Assembly (NCBI GenBank): GCA_964016885.1
Contig: OZ024740.1
Coordinates: 434,496,001 to 434,560,000, forward strand
DNA: 64,000 nt
Direction: 5' to 3'
Origin: Eledone cirrhosa
Taxonomy: Eukaryota
In this document: one piece after another, positions 25,146-39,395 of the stretch
Layout of the letters: each line of letters opens with the position of its first letter
Numbering within the stretch: position 1 is the stretch's first letter
Translations under genes and position numbers: made by a program
Notes under the pieces: generated by a model
Databases searched by the model: none
What the model was told of the DNA's origin: nothing
Seen by the model: only the letters and a program-made list of their open reading frames with translations

Positions 25146-25332
25146 AACAAAAAGCACAGAAGACAATAAAATGAAGGAGAACAGACACAAACATCAAAAA
25201 CTTCCCAGCTGTCCAGTGGTAAATTTCTTCCCCCATATATTGAAAAGACAAGCAACAATTGGTAAAGAAAGACACATTTAACATGCCATAACCATCTCTC
25301 TAATGAAAGACTGCCTATGATTTTCAAATGAT

Positions 25333-25735
25333 TCATCATCATCATCATCATGATCACCGTTTTACGTCCGTTCTTCCACGCTAGCATGGGTTAGACGGGT
25401 TGTCCTGTTGTTGGCAGTGTCTGGTCAGCTGACCATGGCTTGCTCATATGGGAACTGAATCTGGCTTGATTTCTACAGCTGGATGCCCTTCCTAACACCA
25501 ACCTCATTTACAGTGAGTGCTGGGTGCTTTTTTGCCATGGCGCCTACACCTCCACTTTACAGTGGAATGATAGGGACCCCAGTCCCTATCATCTCATTTC
25601 TACAGCTGAGTAAACTGGAGCAATGTGAAATAAAGTATCTTGCTCAAGGAAACAACACATCACCCGGTCCAAGAATTGAACTCACAACCTTTCGATTGCA
25701 AGCCCAATGCTCTAACCACTAAGCCATGCACCTTC
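25333..25735 (-). mobile_element. SINE family B, full length, (atg)n tail
   Basis: Close match to 15425-15727. Confidence 0.85.
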
Positions 25736-25828
25736 TTATTATGTAAGTAAATAAGAATTTGGAGTGATAACTAACTTTCTCATTATTAAACTGGATTTTG
25801 GAACATAACTTAAGAAATGAAAGGGTTA

Positions 25829-25882
25829 AGTGATCATATTGATGGCCTCCCCACAGCCCCAGTGGATAGAATGGAGAAAAGG
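25829..25882 (-). mobile_element. 3'-end fragment of the same CRE-like element as 440-672
   Basis: Minus strand ttctccattctatccactggggctgtggggaggccatcaatatgat versus ttctccattctgtctgccggggctgtggggaggggatcaatatgat at ~624-669. Confidence 0.6.
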
Positions 25883-26399
25883 TTGAAGTCTTTAAATTTG
25901 AGGTTAAATAAAGATAGAAAATTTTTACAGGAAACTCAGGAAACTCTGCATGAAAAACTCCCAATTAATATCTTGATCAAAAACCTTTCATCTCATTGAA
26001 TTATTGTCACATTTAAACAGAATTATTTTTCTTTTAGGCAGTGAAATGTTTTGCATATTTAGAAACATTGCCAAAGTATTTTGTTCTTTAAATTAATTTC
26101 TGGATAGCAAAGCAATACATGAAATAAAGATGTTGGATTATTGACCATGAAACTAAATGTCCATTTGAACATTTTAACTTTATAATTATAAGTCCTAAAA
26201 CATACACCAGCTCCTGTAGAGAAAGAATAGAGATTTACTTGTCTCAACTTGGCTAAATATCAACAGGTTCAACTTTGATAGTTTGGTTAGTTTCAAATTT
26301 ACAAAAAATTAGACAAACAAACCGAATTGTAAAACATTAAAAACAGGAATTTGTAAAATCTTTATGTCCAATCTGTCCAACAGATTTGACAGATTCGTG

Positions 26400-26615
26400 C
26401 CTTTTTTTATCCCCAACAACTTTACGGAGTGTACTGGGTGCATTTTATTATGGCAACAACATTAGGAAAGTTGTCAGAATTAAAGAGTTCTCGCAGCCCT
26501 TTGGTAAGCAGGATTTCTATAACCAAGTACCTTTCCTAACACCAACCACTTAACAGAGTGGACTGGGTGTATGTTACCACGGGTGTATGTTATCACTGCA
26601 CCAGCACTAGGGAGG
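26400..26615 (-). mobile_element. Diverged SINE family B (Meta-like block) fragments
   Basis: ctttcctaacaccaaccacttaacagagtggactgggtg resembles 15513-15551. Confidence 0.5.
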
Positions 26616-26667
26616 CTGTTGGTCATTGATTCCACTAAAGTATCTTTCCACACCCAAGTTAGTTTAA

Positions 26668-26668
<1 letters not shown>

Positions 26669-26698
<30 letters not shown>

Positions 26699-26868
26699 CT
26701 TCTTCTTCTTCTTCTTCTTCTTCACCCACTTTTTCTGAGAGGGTTGTAAGGGCAGAGTCCTCAAACACTCCTTCCAGTGGGTCTTGTCAGAAACAACTGT
26801 CTCCAACTGATCCAGCTGGATCCCCAAGCATGACCATCCAAGCTTATGGATGTTATCCAACCATTTCA
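26669..26868 (-). mobile_element. RTE-clade LINE 3' end with (GAA)n tail
   Basis: KWLDNIHKLGWSCLGIQLDQLETVVSDKTHWKECLRTLPLQP then (gaa)n; same family at 49190 and 54150. Confidence 0.75.
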
Positions 26869-26909
26869 CTCTGACAAGTAAGAAATTTAGTTTATTTCTC
26901 TATATGACT

Positions 26910-29900
26910 CTGTCCTGTTATCACCCCTCCCCTGTCCTGTCATCACCCCTCCCCTGTCCTGTTACCACCCCTCCCCTGTCCTGTTACCACCCCTCCCCTG
27001 TCCTGTCATCACCCCTCCCCTGTCCTGTCATCACCCCTCCCCTGTCCTGTTACCACCCCTCCCCTGTCCTGTCATCACCCCTCCCCTGTCCTGTCATCAC
27101 CCCTCCCCTGTCCTGTTACCACCCCTCCCCTGTCCTGTCATCACCCCTCCCCTGTCCTGTTACCACCCCTCCCCTGTCCTGTCACCACCCCTCCCCTGTC
27201 CTGTTACCACCCCTCCCCTGTCCTGTCATCACCCCTCCCCTGTCCTGTCATCACCCCTCCCCTGTCCTGTCATCACCCCTCCCCTCCCCTGTTATCACCC
27301 CTCCCCTGTCCTGTCATCACCCCTCCCCTGTCCTGTCATCACCCCTCCCCTGTCCTGTCATCACCCCTCCCCTGTCCTGTCACCACCCCTCCCCTGTCCT
27401 GTCATCACCCCTCCCCTGTCCTGTCATCACCCCTCCCCTGTCCTGTCATCACCCCTCCCCTGTCCTGTCACCACCCCTCCCCTGTCCTGTCACCACCCCT
27501 CCCCTGTCCTGTCATCACCCCTCCCCTGTCCTGTCATCACCCATCCCCTGTCCTGTTACCACCCCTCCCCTGTCCTGTCATCACCCCTCCCCTGTCCTGT
27601 CACCACCCCTCCCCTGTCCTGTCATCACCCCTCCCCTGTCCTGTTACCACCCCTCCCCTGTCCTGTCATCACCCCTCCCCTGTCCTGTCACCACCCCTCC
27701 CCTGTCCTGTCATCACCCCTCCCCTGTCCTGTTACCACCCCTCCCCTGTCCTGTCATCACCCCTCCCCTGTCCTGTCACCACCCCTCCCCTGTCCTGTCA
27801 CCACCCCTCCCCTGTCCTGTCATCACCCCTCCCCTGTCCTGTCACCACCCCTCCCCTGTCCTGTCACCACCCCTCCCCTGTCCTGTCATCACCCCTCCCC
27901 TGTCCTGTCATCACCCCTCCCCTGTCCTGTTACCACCCCTCCCCTGTCCTGTTACCACCCCTCCCCTGTCCTGTCATCACCCCTCCCCTGTCCTGTCATC
28001 ACCCCTCCCCTGTCCTGTCATCACCCCCTCCCCTGTCCTGTCATCACCCCTCCCCTGTCCTGTCATCACCCCTCCCCTGTCCTGTCACCACCCCTCCCTG
28101 TCCTGTCATCACCCCTCCCCTGTCCTGTTACCACCCCTCCCCTGTCCTGTCACCACCCCTCCCCTGTCCTGTTACCACCCCTCCCCTGTCCTGTTACCAC
28201 CCCTCCCCTGTCCTGTCATCACCCCTCCCCTGTCCTGTCATCACCCCTCCCCTGTCCTGTCATCACCCCTCCCCTGTCCTGTCATCACCCCTCCCCTGTC
28301 CTGTCATCACCCCTCCCCTGTCCTGTCATCACCCCTCCCCTGTCCTGTCACCACCCCTCCCCTGTCCTGTTACCACCCCTCCCCTGTCCTGTCATCACCC
28401 CTCCCCTCCCCTGTTATCACCCCTCCCCTGTCCTGTCATCACCCCTCCCCTGTCCTGTCATCACCCCTCCCCTGTCCTGTCATCACCCCTCCCCTGTCCT
28501 GTCACCACCCCTCCCCTGTCCTGTTACCACCCCTCCCCTGTCCTGTCATCACCCCTCCCCTCCCCTGTTATCACCCCTCCCCTGTCCTGTCATCACCCCT
28601 CCCCTGTCCTGTCATCACCCCTCCCCTGTCCTGTCATCACCCCTCCCCTGTCCTGTCACCACCCCTCCCCTGTCCTGTCACCACCCCTCCCCTGTCCTGT
28701 CATCACCCCTCCCCTGTCCTGTCATCACCCCTCCCCTGTCCTGTCATCACCCCTCCCCTGTCCTGTCACCACCCCTCCCCTGTCCTGTCACCACCCCTCC
28801 CCTGTCCTGTCACCACCCCTCCCCTGTCCTGTCATCACCCCTCCCCTGTCCTGTCATCACCCCTCCCCTGTCCTGTCATCACCCCTCCCCTGTCCTGTCA
28901 CCACCCCTCCCCTGTCCTGTTACCACCCCTCCCCTGTCCTGTCATCACCCCTCCCCTGTCCTGTCATCACCCCTCCCCTGTCCTGTCATCACCCCTCCCC
29001 TGTCCTGTCATCACCCCTCCCCTGTCCTGTCATCACCCCTCCCCTGTCCTGTCACCACCCCTCCCCTCCCCTGTTACCACCCCTCCCCTGTCCTGTCATC
29101 ACCCCTCCCCTGTCCTGTCATCACCCCTCCCCTGTCCTGTCATCACCCCTCCCCTGTCCTGTCACCACCCCTCCCCTGTCCTGTCACCACCCCTCCCCTC
29201 CCCTGTCCTGTCACCACCCCTCCCCTGTCCTGTCACCACCCCTCCCCTGTCCTGTTACCACCCCTCCCCTGTCCTGTCATCACCCCTCCCCTGTCCTGTC
29301 ATCACCCCTCCCCTGTCCTGTCCTGTCATCACCCCTCCCCTGTCCTGTCATCACCCCTCCCCTGTCCTGTCATCACCCCTCCCCTGTCCTGTCACCACCC
29401 CTCCCCTGTCCTGTCATCACCCCTCCCCTGTCCTGTTACCACCCCTCCCCTGTCCTGTCATCACCCCTCCCCTGTCCTGTCATCACCCCTCCCCTGTCCT
29501 GTCACCACCCCTCCCCTGTCCTGTCACCACCCCTCCCCCTGTCCTGTTACCACCCCTCCCCTGTCCTGTCACCACCCTCCCTGTCCTGTTACCACCCCTC
29601 CCCTGTCCTGTCATCACCCCTCCCCTGTCCTGTCATCACCCCTCCCCTGTCCTGTTACCACCCCTCCCTCCTGTCCTGTCACCACCCCTCCCCTGTCCTG
29701 TCATCACCCCTCCCCTGTCCTGTCATCACCCCTCCCCTGTCCTGTTACCACCCCTCCCCTGTCCTGTCATCACCCCTCCCCTGTCCTGTCATCACCCCTC
29801 CCCTGTCCTGTCATCACCCCTCCCCTGTCCTGTTACCACCCCCTCCCCTGTCCTGTCACCACCCCTCCCCTGTCCTGTCATCACCCCTCCCCTGTCCTGT

Positions 29901-32900
29901 CACCACCCCTCCCCTGTCCTGTCATCACCCCTCCCCTGTCCTGTCATCACCCCTCCCCTGTCCTGTCATCACCCCTCCCCTGTCCTGTCATCACCCCTCC
30001 CCTGTCCTGTCATCACCCCTCCCCTGTCCTGTCATCACCCCTCCCCTGTCCTGTCACCACCCCTCCCCTGTCCTGTCACCACCCCTCCCCTCCCCTGTTA
30101 CCACCCCTCCCCTGTCCTGTCATCACCCCTCCCCTGTCCTGTCATCACCCCTCCCCTGTCCTGTCATCACCCCTCCCCTGTCCTGTCATCACCCCTCCCC
30201 TGTCCTGTCATCACCCCTCCCCTGTCCTGTCATCACCCCTCCCCTGTCCTGTCACCACCCCTCCCCTGTCCTGTCACCACCCCTCCCCTGTCCTGTTACC
30301 ACCCCTCCCCTGTCCTGTCACCACCCCTCCCCTGTCCTGTCATCACCCCTCCCCTGTCCTGTCATCACCCCTCCCCTGTCCTGTTACCACCCCTCCCCTG
30401 TCCTGTTACCACCCCTCCCCTGTCCTGTCACCACCCCTCCCCTGTCCTGTTACCACCCCTCCCCTGTCCTGTCATCACCCCTCCCCTGTCCTGTCATCAC
30501 CCCTCCCCTGTCCTGTTACCACCCCTCCCCTGTCCTGTCATCACCCCTCCCCTGTCCTGTCATCACCCCTCCCCTGTCCTGTCATCACCCCTCCCCCTCC
30601 CCTGTCATCACCCCTCCCCTGTCCTGTCACCACCCCTCCCCTGTCCTGTCATCACCCCTCCCCTGTCCTGTCATCACCCCTCCCCTGTCCTGTCATCACC
30701 CCTCCCCTGTCCTGTCATCACCCCTCCCCTGTCCTGTCATCACCCCTCCCCTGTCCTGTCATCACCCCTCCCCTGTCCTGTCACCACCCCTCCCCTGTCC
30801 TGTTACCACCCCTCCCCTGTCCTGTCACCACCCCTCCCCTGTCCTGTCATCACCCCTCCCCTGTCCTGTCATCACCCCTCCCCTGTCCTGTCATCACCCC
30901 TCCCCTGTCCTGTCATCACCCCTCCCCTGTCCTGTCATCACCCCTCCCCTGTCCTGTCACCACCCCTCCCCTGTCCTGTCACCACCCCTCCCCTGTCCTG
31001 TTACCACCCCTCCCCTGTCCTGTCATCACCCCTCCCCTGTCCTGTCACCACCCCTCCCCTGTCCTGTCACCACCCCTCCCCTGTCCTGTTACCACCCCTC
31101 CCCTGTCCTGTCACCACCCCTCCCCTGTCCTGTCACCACCCCTCCCCTGTCCTGTTACCACCCCCTCCCCTGTCCTGTCATCACCCCTCCCCTGTCCTGT
31201 CATCACCCCTCCCCTGTCCTGTTACCACCCCTCCCCTGTCCTGTCACCACCCCTCCCCTGTCCTGTTACCACCCCTCCCCTGTCCTGTCACCACCCCTCC
31301 CCTGTCCTGTTACCACCCCTCCCCTGTCCTGTCATCACCCCTCCCCTGTCCTGTCATCAGCCCCTCCCCTGTCCTGTCATCACCCCTCCCCTGTCCTGTT
31401 ACCACCCCTCCCCTGTCCTGTCATCACCCCTCCCCTGTCCTGTCATCACCCCTCCCCTGTCCTGTCATCACCCCTCCCCTGTCCTGTTACCACCCCTCCC
31501 CTGTCCTGTCATCACCCCTCCCCTGTCCTGTCATCACCCCTCCCCTGTCCTGTCATCACCCCTCCCCTGTCCTGTCATCACCCCTCCCCTGTCCTGTTAC
31601 CACCCCTCCCCTGTCCTGTCATCACCCCTCCCCTGTCCTGTCATCACCCCTCCCCTGTCCTGTCATCACCCCTCCCCTGTCCTGTTACCACCCCTCCCCT
31701 GTCCTGTCATCACCCCTCCCCTGTCCTGTTACCACCCCTCCCCTGTCCTGTCATCACCCCTCCCCTGTCCTGTCATCACCCCTCCCCTGTCCTGTCATCA
31801 CCCCTCCCCTGTCCTGTCATCACCCCTCCCCTGTCCTGTTACCACCCCTCCCCTGTCCTGTCATCACCCCTCCCCTGTCCTGTTACCACCCCTCCCCTGT
31901 CCTGTCATCACCCCTCCCCTGTCCTGTCATCACCCCTCCCCTGTCCTGTCATCACCCCTCCCCTGTCCTGTCATCACCCCTCCCCTGTCCTGTTACCACC
32001 CCTCCCCTGTCCTGTCATCACCCCTCCCCCTGTCCTGTCATCACCCCTCCCCTGTCCTGTCATCACCCCTCCCCTGTCCTGTCATCACCCCTCCCCTGTC
32101 CTGTTACCACCCCTCCCCTGTCCTGTCATCACCCCTCCCCTGTCCTGTCATCACCCCTCCCCTGTCCTGTCATCACCCCTCCCCTGTCCTGTCACCACCC
32201 CTCCCCTGTCCTGTTACCACCCCTCCCCTGTCCTGTCACCACCCCTCCCCTGTCCTGTTACCACCCCTCCCCTGTCCTGTCATCACCCCTCCCCTGTCCT
32301 GTCATCACCCCTCCCCTGTCCTGTTACCACCCCTCCCCTGTCCTGTCATCACCCCTCCCCTGTCCTGTCATCACCCCTCCCCTGTCCTGTCATCACCCCT
32401 CCCCTGTCCTGTTACCACCCCTCCCCTGTCCTGTCATCACCCCTCCCCTGTCCTGTCATCACCCCTCCCCTGTCCTGTCACCACCCCTCCCCTGTCCTGT
32501 CATCACCCCTCCCCTGTCCTGTTACCACCCCTCCCCTGTCCTGTCATCACCCCTCCCCTGTCCTGTCATCACCCCTCCCCTGTCCTGTTACCACCCCTCC
32601 CCTGTCCTGTCATCACCCCTCCCCTGTCCTGTTACCACCCCTCCCCTGTCCTGTCATCACCCCTCCCCTGTCCTGTCATCACCCCTCCCCTGTCCTGTCA
32701 TCACCCCTCCCCTGTCCTGTCATCACCCCTCCCCTGTCCTGTTACCACCCCTCCCCTGTCCCTGTCATCACCCCTCCCCTGTCCTGTTACCACCCCTCCC
32801 CTGTCCTGTCATCACCCCTCCCCTGTCCTGTCATCACCCCTCCCCTGTCCTGTCATCACCCCTCCCCTGTCCTGTCATCACCCCTCCCCTGTCCTGTTAC

Positions 32901-35900
32901 CACCCCTCCCCTGTCCTGTCATCACCCCTCCCCTGTCCTGTCATCACCCCTCCCCTGTCCTGTCATCACCCCTCCCCTGTCCTGTCATCACCCCTCCCCT
33001 GTCCTGTTACCACCCCTCCCCTGTCCTGTCATCACCCCTCCCCTGTCCTGTCATCACCCCTCCCCTGTCCTGTCATCACCCCTCCCCTGTCCTGTCACCA
33101 CCCCTCCCCTGTCCTGTTACCACCCCTCCCCTGTCCTGTCACCACCCCTCCCCTGTCCTGTTACCACCCCTCCCCTGTCCTGTCATCACCCCTCCCCTGT
33201 CCTGTCATCACCCCTCCCCTGTCCTGTCATCACCCCTCCCCTGTCCTGTTACCACCCCTCCCCTGTCCTGTCACCACCCCTCCCCTGTCCTGTCATCACC
33301 CCTCCCCTGTCCTGTCACCACCCCTCCCCTGTCCTGTCATCACCCCTCCCCTGTCCTGTCACCACCCCTCCCCTGTCCTGTCATCACCCCTCCCCTGTCC
33401 TGTTACCACCCCTCCCCTGTCCTGTCACCACCCCTCCCCTGTCCTGTTACCACCCCTCCCCTGTCCTGTCACCACCCCTCCCCTGTCCTGTTACCACCCC
33501 TCCCCTGTCCTGTCATCACCCCTCCCCTGTCCTGTCATCACCCCTCCCCTGTCCTGTCATCACCCCTCCCCTGTCCTGTCATCACCCCTCCCCTGTCCTG
33601 TCACCACCCCTCCCCTGTCCTGTCACCACCCCTCCCCTGTCCTGTTACCACCCCTCCCCTGTCCTGTCATCACCCCTCCCCTGTCCTGTCACCACCCCTC
33701 CCCTGTCCTGTCACCACCCCTCCCCTGTCCTGTCACCACCCCTCCCCTGTCCTGTCATCACCCCTCCCCTGTCCTGTCATCACCCCCCCCTGTCCTGTCA
33801 CCACCCCTCCCCTGTCCTGTTACCACCCCTCCCCTGTCCTGTCATCACCCCTCCCCTGTCCTGTCATCACCCCTCCCCTGTCCTGTCACCACCCCTCCCC
33901 TGTCCTGTTACCACCCCTCCCCTGTCCTGTCACCACCCCTCCCCTGTCCTGTCACCACCCCTCCCCTGTCCTGTACCACCCCTCCCCTGTCCTGTCATCA
34001 CCCCTCCCCTGTCCTGTCACCACCCCTCCCCTGTCCTGTCATCACCCCTCCCCTGTCCTGTCATCACCCCTCCCCTGTCCTGTCACCACCCCTCCCCTGT
34101 CCTGTCACCACCCCTCCCCTGTCCTGTCACCACCCCTCCCCTGTCCTGTCATCACCCCTCCCCTGTCCTGTCACCACCCCTCCCCTGTCCTGTCACCACC
34201 CCTCCCCTGTCCTGTCATCACCCCTCCCCTGTCCTGTCACCACCCCTCCCCTGTCCTGTCACCACCCCTCCCCTGTCCTGTCACCACCCCTCCCCTGTCC
34301 TGTCACCACCCCTCCCCTGTCCTGTCACCACCCCTCCCCTGTCCTGTCACCACCCCTCCCCTGTCCTGTCATCACCCCTCCCCTGTCCTGTCACCACCCC
34401 TCCCCTGTCCTGTCACCACCCCTCCCCTGTCCTGTCACCACCCCTCCCCTGTCCTGTCATCACCCCTCCCCTGTCCTGTCACCACCCCTCCCCTGTCCTG
34501 TCATCACCCCTCCCCTGTCCTGTCACCACCCCTCCCCTGTCCTGTCATCACCCCTCCCCTGTCCTGTCATCACCCCTCCCCTGTCCTGTCACCACCCCTC
34601 CCCTGTCCTGTCATCACCCCTCCCCTGTCCTGTCACCACCCCTCCCCTGTCCTGTCATCACCCCTCCCCTGTCCCTGTCACCACCCCTCCCCTGTCCTGT
34701 CATCACCCCTCCCCTGTCCTGTCATCACCCCTCCCCTGTCCTGTCACCACCCCTCCCCTGTCCTGTTACCACCCCTCCCCTGTCCTGTCACCACCCCTCC
34801 CCTGTCCTGTCACCACCCCTCCCCTGTCCTGTTACCACCCCTCCCCTGTCCTGTCATCACCCCTCCCCTGTCCTGTTACCACCCCCTCCCCTGTCCTGTC
34901 ATCACCCCTCCCCTGTCCTGTCATCACCCCTCCCCTGTCCTGTCACCACCCCCTCCCCTGTCCTGTTACCACCCCTCCCCTGTCCTGTCACCACCCCTCC
35001 CCTGTCCTGTCACCACCCCTCCCCTGTCCTGTTACCACCCCTCCCCTGTCCTGTCATCACCCCTCCCCTGTCCTGTCACCACCCCTCCCCTGTCCTGTCA
35101 TCACCCCTCCCCTGTCCTGTCACCACCCCTCCCCTGTCCTGTCATCACCCCTCCCCTGTCCTGTCACCACCCCTCCCCTGTCCTGTCATCACCCCTCCCC
35201 TGTCCTGTCACCACCCCTCCCCTGTCCTGTTACCACCCCTCCCCTGTCCTGTCATCACCCCTCCCCTGTCCTGTCATCACCCCTCCCCTGTCCTGTTACC
35301 ACCCCTCCCCTGTCCTGTCATCACCCCTCCCCTGTCCTGTCACCACCTCTCCCCTGTCCTGTCATCACCCCTCCCCTGTCCTGTCACCACCCCTCCCCTG
35401 TCCTGTTACCACCCCTCCCCTGTCCTGTCATCACCCCTCCCCTGTCCTGTCATCACCCCTCCCCTGTCCTGTTACCACCCCTCCCCTGTCCTGTCATCAC
35501 CCCTCCCCTGTCCTGTCACCACCTCTCCCCTGTCCTGTCATCACCCCTCCCCTGTCCTGTCACCACCCCTCCCCTGTCCTGTTACCACCCCCTCCCCTGT
35601 CCTGTCATCACCCCTCCCCTGTCCTGTCATCACCCCTCCCCTGTCCTGTTACCACCCCTCCCCTGTCCTGTCACCACCCCCTCCCCTGTCCTGTTACCAC
35701 CCCTCCCCTGTCCTGTCATCACCCCTCCCCTGTCCTGTCATCACCCCTCCCCTGTCCTGTTACCACCCCTCCCCTGTCCTGTCACCACCCCTCCCCTGTC
35801 CTGTCATCACCCCCTCCCCTGTCCTGTCACCACCCCTCCCCTGTCCTGTCACCACCCCTCCCCTGTCCTGTTACCACCCCTCCCCCTGTCCTGTCATCAC

Positions 35901-38885
35901 CCCTCCCCTGTCCTGTCATCACCCCTCCCCTGTCCTGTTACCACCCCTCCCCTGTCCTGTCACCACCCCTCCCCTGTCCTGTCACCACCCCTCCCCTGTC
36001 CTGTTACCACCCCTCCCCTGTCCTGTCATCACCCCTCCCCTGTCCTGTCATCACCCCCTCCCCTGTCCTGTTACCACCCCTCCCCTGTCCTGTCACCACC
36101 CCTCCCCTGTCCTGTTACCACCCCTCCCCTGTCCTGTCACCACCCCTCCCCTGTCCTGTTACCACCCCTCCCCTGTCCTGTCATCACCCCTCCCCTGTCC
36201 TGTCATCACCCCTCCCCTGTCCTGTCATCACCCCTCCCCTGTCCTGTCATCACTCCTCCCCTGTCCTGTCACCACCCCTCCCCTGTCCTGTCATCACCCC
36301 TCCCCTGTCCTGTCATCACCCCTCCCCTGTCCTGTCATCACCCCTCCCCTGTCCTGTCATCACCCCTCCCCTGTCCTGTCATCACCCCTCCCCTGTCCTG
36401 TCACCACCCCTCCCCTGTCCTGTCACCACCCCTCCCCTGTCCTGTTACCACCCCTCCCCTGTCCTGTCATCACCCCTCCCCTGTCCTGTCATCACCCCTC
36501 CCCTGTCCTGTCACCACCCCTCCCCTGTCCTGTCATCACCCTCCCCTGTCCTGTCATCACCCCTCCCCTGTCCTGTCATCACCCCTCCCCTGTCCTGTTA
36601 CCACCCCTCCCCTGTCCTGTCACCACCCCTCCCCTGTCCTGTTACCACCCCTCCCCTGTCCTGTCACCACCCCTCCCCTGTCCTGTTACCACCCCCTCCC
36701 CTGTCCTGTCATCACCCCTCCCCTGTCCTGTCATCACCCCTCCCCTGTCCTGTTACCACCCCTCCCCTGTCCTGTCATCACCCCTCCCCTGTCCTGTCAC
36801 CACCCCTCCCCTGTCCCTGTCACCACCCCTCCCCTGTCCTGTTACCACCCCTCCCCTGTCCTGTCATCACCCCTCCCCTGTCCTGTCTCACCCCTCCCCT
36901 GTCCTGTCATCACCCCTCCCCTGTCCTGTCACCACCCCTCCCCTGTCCTGTCACCACCCCTCCCCTGTCCTGTTACCACCCCTCCCCTGTCCTGTCATCA
37001 CCCCTCCCCTGTCCTGTCATCACCCCTCCCCTGTCCTGTTACCACCCCTCCCCTGTCCTGTGTCACCACCCCTCCCCTGTCCTGTCATCACCCCTCCCCT
37101 GTCCTGTCACCACCCCTCCCCTGTCCTGTTACCACCCCTCCCCTGTCCTGTCATCACCCCTCCCCTGTCCTGTCATCACCCCTCCCCTGTCCTGTTACCA
37201 CCCCTCCCCTGTCCTGTCACCACCCCTCCCCTGTCCTGTCACCACCCCTCCCCTGTCCTGTTACCACCCCTCCCCTGTCCTGTCATCACCCCTCCCCTGT
37301 CCTGTCACCACCCCTCCCCTGTCCTGTCATCACCCCTCCCCCTGTCCTGTCACCACCCCTCCCCTGTCCTGTCATCACCCCTCCCCTGTCCTGTCACCAC
37401 CCCTCACCTGTCCTGTCATCACCCCTCCCCTGTCCTGTCACCACCCCTCCCCTGTCCTGTTACCACCCCTCCCCTGTCCTGTCATCACCCCTCCCCTGTC
37501 CTGTCATCACCCCTCCCCCTGTCCTGTTACCACCCCTCCCCTGTCCTGTTACCACCCCTCCCCCTGTCCTGTCATCACCCCTCCCCTGTCCTGTCACCAC
37601 CCCCTCCCCTGTCCTGTCACACCACCCCTCCCCTGTCCTGTCACCACCCCTCCCCTGTCCTGTCATCACCCCTCCCCTGTCCTGTCATCACCCCTCCCCT
37701 GTCCTGTCACCACCCCTCCCCTGTCCTGTCATCACCCCTCCCCTGTCCTGTTACCACCCCTCCCCTGTCCTGTCATCACCCCTCCCCTGTCCTATCACCA
37801 CCCCTCCCCTGTCCTGTCACCACCCCTCCCCTGTCCTGTTACCACCCCTCCCCTGTCCTGTCATCACCCCTCCCCTGTCCTGTCATCACCCCTCCCCTGT
37901 CCTGTTACCACCCCTCCGCTGTCCTGTCATCACCCCTCCCCTGTCCTGTCACCACCCCTCCCCTGTCCTGTTACCACCCCTCCCCTGTCCTGTCATCACC
38001 CCTCCCCTGTCCTGTTACCACCCCTCCCCTGTCCTGTCATCACCCCCTCCCCTGTCCTGTTACCACCCCTCCCCCTGTCCTGTCATCACCCCTCCCCTGT
38101 CCTGTCACCACCCCTCCCCTGTCCTGTTACCACCCCTCCCCTGTCCTGTCATCACCCCTCCCCTGTCCTGTCACCACCCCTCCCCTGTCCTGTTACCACC
38201 CCTCCCCTGTCCTGTCATCACCCCTCCCCTGTCCTGTTACCACCCCTCCCCTGTCCTGTCATCACCCCTCCCCTGTCCTGTTACCACCCCTCCCCTGTCC
38301 TGTCATCACCCCTCCCCTGTCCTGTCACCACCCCTCCCCTGTCCTGTTACCACCCCTCCCCTGTCCTGTCATCACCCCTCCCCTGTCCTGTTACCACCCC
38401 TCCCCTGTCCTGTCATCACCGCCTCCCCTGTCCTGTCATCACCCCTCCCCTGTCCTGTTACCACCCCCTCCCCCTGTCCTGTCATCACCCCTCCCCTGTC
38501 CTGTTACCACCCCTCCCCTGTCCTGTCATCACCCCTCCCCTGTCCTGTTACCACCCCTCCCCTGTCCTGTCATCACCCCTCCCCTGTCCTGTCATCACCC
38601 CTCCCCTGTCCTGTCATCACCCCTCCCCTGTCCTGTTACCACCCCTCCCCTGTCCTGTCATCACCCCTCCCCTGTCCTGTCATCACCCCTCCCCTGTCCT
38701 GTTACCACCCCTCCCCTGTCCTGTCATCACCCCTCCCCTGTCCTGTCACCACCCCTCCCCTGTCCTGTTACCACCCTCTCCCCTGTCCTGTCATCACCCC
38801 TCCCCTGTCCTGTTACCACCCCCTCCCCTGTCCTGTCATCACCCCTCCCCTGTCCTGTCATCACCCCTCCCCTGTCCTGTTACCA
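26910..38885. repeat. 22-bp C-rich minisatellite, >=12 kb, ~540 copies, runs into the gap
   Basis: Unit cctgtcctgt(ca/ta)(t/c)cacccctcc; 22-aa (3-unit) period in the ORF track. Confidence 0.98.
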
Positions 38886-39085
38886 NNNNNNNNNNNNNNN
38901 NNNNNNNNNNNNNNNNNNNNNNNNNNNNNNNNNNNNNNNNNNNNNNNNNNNNNNNNNNNNNNNNNNNNNNNNNNNNNNNNNNNNNNNNNNNNNNNNNNNN
39001 NNNNNNNNNNNNNNNNNNNNNNNNNNNNNNNNNNNNNNNNNNNNNNNNNNNNNNNNNNNNNNNNNNNNNNNNNNNNNNNNNNNNN
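38886..39085. other. Assembly gap (200 N)
   Basis: Run of 200 N; round size suggests a scaffolding placeholder of unknown true length. Confidence 0.99.
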
Positions 39086-39127
39086 GGCTGTTTGAAACCA
39101 AATCAAATATTATTATTTCATATAGTA

Positions 39128-39395
39128 GATAAAATAAAGTACCAGTAATGCACTGGGTGATTTGCTGGCCTTGTGCCTAACGTAGAAACAATTATTTCAT
39201 ATAGTGGTGGATTGGCAGTATCGGTAGAGGGTCGGACGCTATGCTTTGATGCATAGAGTTACGGCCCTTGCCATTCTGAGTTCAAATCCCACCGGGGTTA
39301 ACTTTGCCTTTCATCCTTACGGGGTCGATAAAATAAAGTACCAGTAATGCACTGGGTAATTGCTGTCCTTGTGCCAAAAGTAGAAACAATTATTA
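39128..39395 (+). mobile_element. Tandem family A SINEs: 3' fragment (39128-39192) plus full copy (39204-39392)
   Basis: attatttcatata appears before, between and after the two pieces. Confidence 0.85.

Noticed and set aside
26850-39095. 4081-aa Pro/Cys/His-rich ORF (extensin- or mucin-like appearance)
   Set aside because: Translation of a 22-bp unit (not a multiple of 3) cycling through all frames; indels tolerated freely; no signal peptide or splice context
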